The notes below the pieces were generated by a model, which worked only from the letters and a program-made list of their open reading frames with translations, ran no database searches and was not told the DNA's origin. This document shows, one piece after another, positions 52,871 through 64,000 of a stretch of DNA of 64,000 bases. The stretch lies in NCBI RefSeq assembly GCF_006345805.1, contig NC_043011.1:14334464-14398463 (forward strand), written 5' to 3'. Made by a program: the position numbers and the translations under genes. Origin of the DNA: Octopus sinensis (Eukaryota). Within the stretch, counting starts at the first letter, position 1. Each line of letters starts with the position of its first letter.

Positions 52871-54679
52871 TCTTGATACTCTTTACACTACATCTGTCCT
52901 CGATTATCGAATGCTCTGGCCGTTCATGTTAAGGTGCCTATCCACACCGTTGTTAGACGCTGAACCCCTCCAGGCTGAGCACTTCACTTTATGGATTTTA
53001 AGCACTCCATGTCACTTGCATGTTAAACATCCCACTAACTCCTATCTTGACCATTCTCTCTCTTTGCCTACCCACCCCCTCTGCTAAAATTCCTGCAGCC
53101 ACTCATGTTCAGCACTCTACCTCAGTGATACCAAACTATTTTAGATATTTAGCTGTTGGCAATAAATGGAAATGTCTGTCACGACTCTGATTGATGTATT
53201 TCTTTATTGATTTCTTCGTAATGGACGATTGCAGAAAGAACATGCCTTTTAGGTGTTTTAATTGACGAATTTGATTTTCGAAATACTAATTAGCAATAAA
53301 AGTAATAAAAATAAATAAAATAAGTTAAAAGGCATTCAATTATAAAAAAAGAAATACAACGTAAAACAATAACAAGAAGGATAACAAAATTTTAAATTTA
53401 TAAACTCGGCATGGCTGCCTTCTCTGACAAATAAGAATATAACCTTTTTATTTTTACATTTATATATGACTATCGTTAATGTTTGGGTGAAAAATCTAAA
53501 AATATAACCAGACTTTGTAAATTAATTGGTGCTTGGCATTGAGAAGGAAAAATAATAATACGAACATTAATTATCTCTCTTCCTTAACCCGCATTGAACT
53601 TTCCTTCTTTCCGTTTTCATTTTCTTGTTTTTTTTCTCTTTATGCGTGTTTCTGAAGCTCCGTCTATCTAACTTTGCATTAATAATTCATTCGCATTAAC
53701 CTCTCCGTCAATAAGAGCAATACTATCTTCCCCTCCATCTCTTCGGTCATTTTAATCTCTGTTTAGCCTGCTGTCATCTGTTATACACATCAATTCACTA
53801 GATGCCTATTTCGTGCTGTCATTATTCTTATTTCCTGTAAACCCTTGTTTATTGAGATCTTAACCTACCACCTTATTTCATGTTTCTTTGGATAACCCGT
53901 ATGTCTGTTGTTTCTAGAAATGAACGTGCTGTACGTTCTCATCTAATATTCAACGTATTATCTTATAAGATGACAGACAACATTACTTTATTTCCACAAG
54001 AATTCTATAAATATTTTGGACGGAATATTTTTTCCCTCTGATCAAACAGACACAATACGCAAATATAGTTCCTTCTGTTGTTTTGGAAATAAGAATCCAT
54101 GTCACCTTCAGAACTTTTCGGTCAATTCATACAGAACCACATACGCACGCAATAACGAGTTATATGCACTTTAGTTTCAATTATGGAAAACGGCAAAAAT
54201 TTGCTTGATATTTTGTCTAGTTTTATGTAACAAAAAACTTTAAACTTCACCTTAATATCGATAGTGACTTTGACATATGAATAAAAAATAGTTTTTCCTG
54301 TCTCATTGTTAATGTCCATTTGGAAGCCTTTGTAGATCTGCATGAATATATATCAACAACTATTTAGGACTTTAGATAAGTGTATGTCTGAGCAGATGTG
54401 AAAAATATCCCTCCCGCCAAAACTAAATAGGGTAACAAGATTCTTTAACTGATAACTTTTTTTTTAAATATCTACAAACTGGGTACAGGTATACCCATGA
54501 AATAAAGAAGCCCGTTTTACAGTCAGGTGGCTCTGTGTTCGATCCAGTTACACCCGTCCTTGGGCAAGAATCTTCTACAATAGCTGCAGGTCAACCAAAG
54601 TATTGTAAATGAAATTGGGAAGACATGAAGTATGCAAATACCTGAAGGATAATATATATATATATATTATATATATATA

Positions 54680-54735
<56 letters not shown>

Positions 54736-54953
54736 GAATAAGCACATAAAAGCACATAAAAACAACCGGATGTAGAGTAATATGCTTTTTTCATTATTAA
54801 AGCTGCAAAATCATCACAAAAACTACTACTCAGTTTCACGTTCCTGCTCGTCAGACAATTGGGAACATGAAACTCTGAGTAGCAGTTTTTGTGATGTTTT
54901 TGCATCTTAAACAAAAAAGTATATATACGTTGAAGTGTCATGTACCTAATGAA

Positions 54954-54965
54954 TGCGCATGCGCA
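54954..54965. promoter_or_regulatory. Perfect NRF1-type palindrome TGCGCATGCGCA
   Basis: Exact match to the YGCGCAYGCGCR consensus in otherwise CpG-poor DNA; function untested. Confidence 0.3.
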
Positions 54966-55393
54966 AGGTACAAACCGAAGTTAACTATTTATTAGTGTTT
55001 AATGTCGACAAGAATCGAACGCACTTTTTGCCCAACTCTCTCCCCCCTCCGCTTCTCTCACCATATATATATATATAGAGGGAGAATTCACAAAAAACAA
55101 CAACAAAAGACGAGGACTGGTGGTGTAGACAACAAACAGATGTATTAGTTTAACGCTTGGGAAGTGAAAAAGTCTTTAACGTTTCGAGCCTACGCTCTTC
55201 CACAGAAAGGAACACAGAAAGAAACAAGGAGAGAAAATAAAGAATGTGTAGTGGCTAGCGATCTGTCATGGCTATATTCGAATATGAAATAAAAGCAGCG
55301 CTCGACCACTTGACGTATAAGCTCTGTGTATTTGCGGGTGGGCTGCGTGTGTATGCGAGTGTGTGTGAGTTTATTTATGTGTGTGTGCGTGAG

Positions 55394-55428
<35 letters not shown>

Positions 55429-58064
55429 GATAGAGGGGGAGAGAGAGAGTGTGTGTGTGTATATGTCGATGAGAAATAACAGAACCGGAACATCACAGAA
55501 ACGTACTTTATGTTATTGGTTCTTCTCTGATTACGATCATTTGCGGCAAATACCAGCTCGTCTTTCACCCGTATGAAGTTAATAAACCTTTAAACAATAT
55601 TGGGATCGGTGTTATCGACTAATACCATTGAAGTTCCATTGGCTGATAGCAGTCAAATAATAAACTATTTCTACTCGTTACAAAATACGTTAAAATCCTG
55701 TCTTTATTTCCCATAAAATGATATTGTGCCGTTATAAAACGATGAATCAAATATATCCGAATTTCACAACAAAAACAATCCCGGTCGTACTTTTCTATCC
55801 TTGTACAGTATCGTTGTTGTTGTTGCTGTTGTTGTCGTTGTTTATTTTGCTCCAGGTCAACTTTGATCCAGCAAATATATGATGAAAAGCATTCTGAGAC
55901 CTCCACCTATCGTCTGGGACTATATCATGAAATGTATCGCTTAAGATTAGCGATCTGATTTAATTGGAACTTGGCTGCTATTTCTAGCGAGATGATAGTC
56001 CATATGAAATGGATCTTCGTTGGCTCGTACATTAATGTTGCTCTTATTTGGAAGCAAACACGAACAAATAAATAAATAAAAAAAAACATTATTGAGCGAT
56101 GCAGTGCGATGAAAAATATTTGCTTTCTTTCTACTATAAGCAAAAGGCTTGGCATTTTAAGGGGGGGGGGCTAATCGATTACATCGACGCCATTGCTCAG
56201 TTGATACTTATTTTATCGATTCCGAAATGATAAAAAGCGGAGTCGACTTCGGCGGAATTTGAACTCAGAATGTGAAACCGGAAGAAATGCCTATTTCTTT
56301 ATTACCCACAAGGGGCTAAACATAGAGGGGACAAACAAGGACAGACATAGGTATTAAGTCGATTATATCGACCCCAGTGCGTAACTGGTACTTAATTTAT
56401 CGACCCCGAAAGGATGAAAGGCAAAGTCGACCTCGGCGGAATTTGAACTCACAACGTAACTACAGACGAAATACGACTACGCATTTAAATGCCGCTAAGC
56501 ATTTTGTTCGGCGTGCTAACGATTCAGTTTCAATGCGACGAATAACATTGACATCTTATGTGGTTGGCCATAGACAGCAAAGTCGATAGAACGTCAGGCA
56601 ATATATGTTGCGGTATTTAAAAATGCCCCTTTGCGTTCTATCTCAAAATTCTATTGATATCAACGTTGATTTCATCTTTTCCGGATCGATAACCTAAGGC
56701 ATTGCTCAAGTCTTAACACCAATGCATAACATCTCTCAAGTTCGCAAAACAAAAAACAAAAACAAAAATCATCTCTCAAGTTCGCAACCGTTTGTCTATG
56801 TTAAAGGTCAATATCGACGGTTTCTGATATATATTACACTGACATATCATAGGCCATCAGCTGAATTTTGTGGCTTTATGGTTAAAATAAGCTAAGGGAA
56901 TTACATAGCAGTATGTAGTAAGAATATAGGTTAGCATGTGAATGATGAACAGCATAATGACTCAATGAAAATTTGATCCTATCATGGCTGCAAGTTCGTC
57001 CTGAATGTAGGCCAATAGAGGTTAAAACAGTCATAAAGAAGAAAAGAAAGAAGGAAAGAACAAAAACATGATGATGATGATTAAATGTATAGATATTTGA
57101 TACGAGCTAATATTGGTATACTCTTTTACTCTTTTACTTGTTTCAGTCATTTGACTGCGGCCATGCTGGAGCACCACCTGTAGTCGAGCAAATCGACCCC
57201 GGGACTTATTCTTTGTAAGCCCAGTACTTATTCTATCGGTCTCTTTTGCCGAACCGCTTAGTGACGGGGACGTAAACACACCAGCATCGGTTGTCAAGCA
57301 ATGCTAGGGGGACAAACACAGACACACAAACATATACGCACACACACACATATATATATATACATATATACGACAGGCTTCTTTCAGTTTCCGTCTACCA
57401 AATCCACTCACAAAGCATTGGTCGGCCCGGGGCTATAGCAGAAGACACTTGCCCAAGATGCCACGCAGTGGGACTGAACCCGGAACCATGTGGTTGGTTA
57501 GCAAGCTACTTACCACACACCCACTCCTGCGCCTATGGTATGGTTATAACTTGGCGAGTTGTCGGAATCGTTATCACACCGGACAACATGTTTAACGGCA
57601 ATTCGTCCATGCTCACCTTTCTGAGTTCAAATTCCGCCGAGGTCAACTTTACCTTCTATCCTTTTGGGGTCGGTAAAATAAATATCCATTTGAGCATTGA
57701 GGTCGATGGCATCGACTGTGCCCCTCCCCTGAATTTTCAGGTTTTGTGTCTACAATAGAAAGCAAGAAAGTAGAAAGAATTATTGATATTGTATTTTTTT
57801 TTACGACTATCATTAACTTTATGATTAGCGATGAAACATTTTAAAAAACTATTTATACCTCCGTTAACTTTTCATCTATTTAATTTCCGATCGTCAACAG
57901 GTATCTTATTCCTGTACATGTAGATTGTATCTGGAGTCGAACCAGGAATATTTATTTTCAAACTAATGTAGGCGTGGGTAGGGGTTAAAACATTAGCATG
58001 GTCATAGTTGAATGATTGAAACCAACACAAAACCAATGCACATACATGAATATGCACATACAGC

Positions 58065-58530
58065 CAAATGCACACACGCACACGCACGCACATGCACGCA
58101 CGCACGCACACGTACGCATGCACACGCACGTACACGCACGCACGCACATGCACGCACGCACACGCACGCACACACACGCACGCACGCACACACGCACACG
58201 CACGCACACGCACGCACGCACACGCACGCACGCACACGCACACACGCACACGCACGCACGCACACGCACGCACGCACACGCACGCACGCACACGCACGCA
58301 CGCACACGCACACACGCCCACACGCACGCACGTCCACACACACGCACGCCCACACGCACGCACGCACACGCACGCACGCCCACACGCACGCACGCACACG
58401 CACGCACGCACACGCACGCACGCACACGCACGCACATGCACGCACGCACACGCAGGCACGCCCACACGCTTGCCCACACACATACGCACAGACAGGCACG
58501 CCCACTCACACGCACACACATACACGCACA
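58065..58530. repeat. (CACG)n/(CA)n compound microsatellite
   Basis: Direct reading; explains the His/Thr/Arg/Ala and Cys/Val ORFs. Confidence 0.95.
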
Positions 58531-59428
58531 TGCCCACCCCGCGAAATACATACTCGTTTCATTAATAAGTAAAGTTTTCTGGGTAGGATATTACTTATAT
58601 ATTTACTTATTGTGGTTCATTCAGATTCCAACCATTTTTTAGGCGGTATGAACAAAATATCTATAACAAGTGTAAAAACGAAGATTTCTTCAATAAAGTA
58701 ATTTTTTACAATGCTGAAGACAAATACAACCAGATACTTGTGCACGGACACTTCAAAAGACATATAACTAAAGATTATAACTTCTAAGAAGTACCATATA
58801 ATAAAATGCACCTGGGAGAGAAATATTATTTGGTTCAATTCTTCACTCTTTTAAGAGCATATTGCCCTTGTGGCAAATCAATCGTTAACAAACGTTTTCA
58901 CAAAAGCAGTAAATAAATTATGCAACAAGAAAAATATAAAAGTTTTTTTATGTGAAAATTCATTTCGACTGTATAACCGCAGGCTGCTTCCAAACAATGC
59001 AAACAGAAAACACCACACAGAAGGTAACTTTAACTAGAACTCTTAAATATACGACGATGCGGGTTATTGCCATTCTCTAAAACGTTGCAGTTAATGTTTC
59101 GCTCAGCAATAATGAATTGAAAAATAGAGCAAATGTTAACTTACAGACACAGTATGAAATTTTTGCTATCTCTTTCAAAGACACATGTGACATAATACCT
59201 CATTGGCACTCTCCCAGCTTGTCTTTTGCTTTAACAACTATGACGAGAATCTATTGAATGTCACTGCATCTAAATTTCCAGATACTAAGGTCAAATCATG
59301 ATATAATGGAAGTAGCTATAGATTCTCTCCCCTCTACCTTTCTCTTCATAGGCAACTTAGAATATAGAACCCAAGTTTTAAAAAGCAGTGACTAAAGTAA
59401 AAGGCATTTTGTTTCGTCCATAGACATG

Positions 59429-60010
59429 TCAGAGATAATTAATACGAAAAGGTCTCTCATGCTTCTCCACTGTGCCATATCTTCTTCCTCTTGTTATAAA
59501 CGTGGTGACCTTTTTGACCTCTTTTAAACACTTCTCAATGTCTTCTATCGTAGCTATTTCAATTTTCCTTCTCGATACCTTCACCGTTTTGTATATCACT
59601 GTCCTTTTCTTAACTCCATTTGTTAAGTCAACCGAGGGCGTTAATTTAAGGTTGTGGCCTTCCTTTTCCAAAAGCTTGCCGCTTTCTTTCAACTTTCTTG
59701 GTTCAATTTTAACTTCTACTTCTATTCCTCTGCCAGTTGCAGCCGCGTAACTGTGGATATTTCCTATTTCGGTCTCCATTATACTTCTTTTCGCCGGTTC
59801 TCCCATAATTGGGAAGAAAAAAACACAATTCAACAAAAACTCGTTAGAGAAAACAGCAATTTCAACAAGGAACAAAACGTGGTACACCCACGAGGGGAGA
59901 CCTTTAACAATTATAACAATATCATACTTACTTCAACGGAATCGCAAAGAGTTCAAAAAACCCACCGCAACCCCTCCCACCCCCCAAAACCTTCGGTCCA
60001 GATGGAAAGT
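59429..60010 (-). pseudogene. Probable L1/Tx1-type LINE 5' end (5' UTR plus ORF1 N-terminus)
   Basis: MGEPAKRS...SYAAATG...IEVEVK...RTVIYK...EDIEKCL...FITRGRRYGTVE; SYAAA and RRM-like GTVE pattern recalled as typical of Tx1/L1 ORF1. Confidence 0.45.
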
Positions 60011-60939
60011 TAGTGGTCCTGAAAATAAACAACAGTAAAGACGATGCTTTCAGATTAGGGACCTCTTGTGCTACAATCAGGACAGCGTGGCTGAGTTTAA
60101 TTTATCTTGAAGCCTTTTTGGGGGAACTTCTCACTCATAATTGTTAGTGGGCAACTGGTATGATATATTAGAAATAAACTAAATAGAAAAGTCGGGCTGA
60201 TGTGTGAATGCATATATTGCATACATTACTTCCATTGTAATTCATCGACTAAGTTTGAGGATTGCTTGTTCCTAATTAAACTGGAATGTATCCTCTTACG
60301 CTTTTAGTTGAAAGGCCACGTTTTACTGGACAAGTGATTTGCTGTCAACAAATTCTGTGCAACGTCTCGCTGCACCGTAGCAGAGAATACACAAAAAATG
60401 CTGAGAGTGTGGAATCTGAAGACGTTTCTCGATGGTAAGCAGATTCAGTTACTGCTTTTCAGACTCATTTCCCATAGCTCATTTCTTTCATTGAAATACA
60501 GTCAGGGGTCCATAAAAGCCCCTAATCTTGGATGCCCGCCGTCTGAAATGTGAACGTGAACATTTCATTCTATAAAGGGTTAATGGTGAGCATGGACGAC
60601 AATGTTCTCCAAGAGATTTTGAACGTCAATGAGGACGAACGGCGGTGTCTCATATCAGAGCATTTTCAGCCGAGGATTTTCACAGCTTCTAAAAGTTCTT
60701 GGCCTGGAATTACTACCTGGGGTGTTGTTGGTTCAGAATAATATTTACACAACACAGAAATACTGTAGACCAGATATAACCATAGCGCACGCAGAATTAT
60801 GAAACCATTCTGTAACTATTTGTTTTGTGTCAGAGATTTGCTGACCTGTGGAGGTATGTTGTTGTTTGTTCCTTTTCGAGCTATGCCTGGCTCATAAGGG
60901 CCGGTTTCCCGGTTTCTTGACGTATAGGTTCCCCACCTG

Positions 60940-61020
60940 GACGGTTCCCCACCTGGATGGTTCCCCACCTGGACGGTTCCCCACCTGGACGGTTCCCCAC
61001 CTGGACAGTTCCCCACCTGG
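60940..61020. repeat. ~5 copies of the 16-bp unit CCCCACCTGGACGGTT inside a SINE C tail
   Basis: Direct reading. Confidence 0.85.
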
Positions 61021-63399
61021 AAGTAATGTATGCAATATATGCATTCACACATCAGCCCGACTTTTCTATTTAGTTTATTTCTAATATATCATACCAGTCG
61101 CCCACTAACAATTATGAGTGAGAAGTTCCCCCAAAAAGGCTTCAAGATAAATTAAACTCAGCCCTGCTGTCCTGATTGTCGCAGGTGAGATGCAAGATGC
61201 AGGAGGAAAGAGTGAGAAATAATTGTAGCGAAAGAGTCAGCAGAAGTTCGCCATTACCTTCTGCCGGAGCCACGTGGAGATTAGGTGTTTTCGCTCATAA
61301 ACACACACATCGCCCGGTCTGAGATTCGAACCCGCGATACCTCGACCGCGAGTCCGCTGCTCTAACTACTAGGCAATGTGCCTCCTGAGGTATGTTGAAT
61401 AGGTGTTGTCATGTGAAGGACGGAACAAACTATTACCAATTTCCTTTGGTCTGGAATGACAGCCAATTCTCTTTTTTCTAGTGACTATGGAGAAACAGAA
61501 AGTAGTGTGGTAGAAGAGATTGCTAAATGGTAGCCAAGAGGGGGAAGACTGGCTCAAGTGAATAGTTCTACTCTAAGTATTTGGTACTTTTTTCACTTGC
61601 ATTTCTCTTAATAATGGACTTTATCTTATTTTAATATTATCCGCCGACCTCGCTGAATATATTTTGTTCTGAACTATTATTTCTTTGCATGTATCCAAAT
61701 TTTGTTTCATGCGCCCCACTTTGGTGTTGACTAATTTCTTTATTCGACAGTGCCCATATTTCATCTCGGCATGTTCTACATTATTTCACATGCACACTTT
61801 ACTCAGTATATTTAATTTTTCATTGAGACCTTCTGATATCAACATTCATATTACAGTCCGGTAAGCGCATAGAATTCTGTTTTATGTGAAATATAAAATC
61901 ATAAATATAAAAGTGCCACGAATATAAATAAATATTTGAACTATTTTCTATGTTTAGAGTCAGTTTTTATGTAGAACGAATATGCTACACATATTTTGAA
62001 TCAGAAATTTACAAGAAATCAACAGAAAACAATTGCTTTTCTTGTTTTACTACTTGTACATAAAAAGTTATGAATAACGCGTTTTTCAGCATTTTCTGTC
62101 ATTACTATGATTTAAAACCATTTTTAGTTTGGTTTCTAACACTTTAAGATATCATCGAGACGAGCCAAAGAGGAAGCTTCTGCAATGACCGTCTAATATT
62201 CTGCAGATCACACCTGCACAGTCGTAGAAAAGGATAGATTAGATACATTAGACTATGCAGGTACAATGCTTGAAAAGAGACAGTAACATGATGGATGCAG
62301 TTACTCTGAGTTAGTGTGTTACTCTGAGTTACTCTAAATCTGCTCAATTAGAGGCGTGTGAGTTAAGCAACAACAACAACAACAACAACGACGATGACCA
62401 CAACAGCAGTATGGTGAATTGCTTAAAATTAATTTAAGATCTAATTTGTAAGTACGGAGTGAATGCTTTCAAAATTAATCTAGGAATTGTTTGGATAATC
62501 TCAGTTGATTGAAGTTTTTCAACACAATATTATTTGAAATGTTAGACATAACTGTATTTATACGAGCAGAACCAACTTCATTATGCTTTTTGAATACGAA
62601 CAGAGAAACTAGAGATTAACGGTCTATTGTCTTTTTATATTAACTTCGGATTTTGTAATTGCTATTAATCTCTTGCATTATTATTCTGTTATTGAAAGTG
62701 ACATATTGTGACATATTGATAATTTGTAGATATAATCAATTTTCCTGTTTGTAACTTTAGCCCAGAACGTAAAAGCCAATGCATCCTTTCAATGCTTCTC
62801 TACGTGCTGACGATTAGCTTTGAATTTTAACTTGGCAATGAAAGCCGAAGACGTCTGCTATTTGTTGGACTGCAGTTAAATTGAATTGTTTGGCGTTTGT
62901 CCAAAATAACAACCAGGAATGACGATGAGAATAATAAGGTTTCTACGAGACAAATGGTCAAGCTGTATTGATTTCTCTCAAGAAATATCTGAACAAATGC
63001 TCCAATTTTTTTTTTGTGTGGAACCATTGTGTTAATAGTCAAAGGGAATTTGTACAGATGCTTTGATGATGAGCACATGTTGTCATGCGCGTCAACTACA
63101 GATTGGATATAAACCATTATAACCATTAATATTTGGACATCGATAACGAAAATTTGTAAAATAGTTTCGAAAAGACGTTTACCTAAAATGCAGAGATATT
63201 TTCGAAAATCGGTTGGTTTTGAGGGGACATCAAATCATTGACATTCTCGCGGGGTTACAGATGATTATGCGCCAGATTCGACTTCAGGGGGACTCGTGTT
63301 TATCTATATAGAACAATGTGGGATCCAAAACTCCTGTCGCAAACTGGGTATTTGTTCTCTCGCATTCTACACTGACGTATATTGTTGAGATGTTGAGTT

Positions 63400-64000
63400 G
63401 ATTCTGTGTCGAATTGTTGGAGTCCACCATAAATGGTCTGTCCCCATATGTATCGGTTGTCAACGATTCTCACTCATGCAAATTAATGTGAAATCTCTTC
63501 AGATTTCTTTTAAGTACATCTTTGAACCACTTCCTTTATTTCAACTCACGTCCGATTTCTTCCCTTCTGATAGAGGTAAAAAAAACCTGTTCTTCGGGTA
63601 ATCCAGGACTCGGTGTTCGCACAGACAGCTCTTTGAAACTGATGTTGCATAACAGTGGTTTCAATATAGAAAATATTAACTTGGTTGTGCATACGCAGAT
63701 ATTCTTATGTCCTTTCTGCCACTTAATGTGCATTATTCACCTCACTAATCTATGGTTTACGTAGATGTCAGCCATCACTTGTTCACGTTTCAGAAGTGTA
63801 TAGAGGAGTGGGTGCAATATCTGCTTCGGTTGTTTGTCTTAAAAATTGATCTCCATATGAAGAACGCGTTAACCCATTAAATCTGATGTTAGACTTCCTT
63901 AACAATATTAAACCACCTAGATATTGGAAGTCCAACTTCTGCCCTTGAACTCTAATGACTGGATCAGATCCTTACTAATTGGGTGCTTGTTGGTACAGAA
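63400..64000 (-). pseudogene. RTE-like LINE RT remnant
   Basis: VIRVQGQKLDFQYLG (cf. FKYLGS), IAPTPLYTSET*T (cf. PTLLYGSETWT), HIKWQ. Confidence 0.65.

Noticed and set aside
54122-54343. 73-aa ORF as a coding exon
   Set aside because: No recognisable domain and weak splice signals
57872-58642. Overlapping 165-221 aa Cys/Val/Arg and His/Thr ORFs
   Set aside because: (CACG)n microsatellite read-through

Overview
This is repeat-dominated, non-coding eukaryotic DNA. The SINE families and the (TA)n/(TATG)n/(CA)n load suggest an octopus or other coleoid cephalopod genome (recognition, not a database result). No host protein-coding gene can be supported; most listed ORFs are microsatellite or SINE read-throughs. 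The real coding remnants all come from transposable elements: a Helitron PIF1-like helicase (one frameshift) between Helitron-type ends, a Helitron Rep-side fragment, a Merlin/IS1595-type transposase with three related TIR MITEs (two with 8-bp TSDs, one with an imperfect 7-8-bp TSD), Tigger/pogo and mariner remnants, Penelope-like (PLE) RT-GIY-YIG remnants, and R4/Dong-, Tx1/L1-, RTE-, CR1- and Gypsy-type fragments. The most interesting unexplained layer is a set of minimal type-I hammerhead ribozyme motifs in at least five short repeat families, most of them abutting (TA)n. Their stems covary, and several have palindromic (dimer-type) stem III. There are also many fold-back palindromes that appear to have formed independently per copy. 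Internal motif coordinates were counted by hand; repeat boundaries are approximate.
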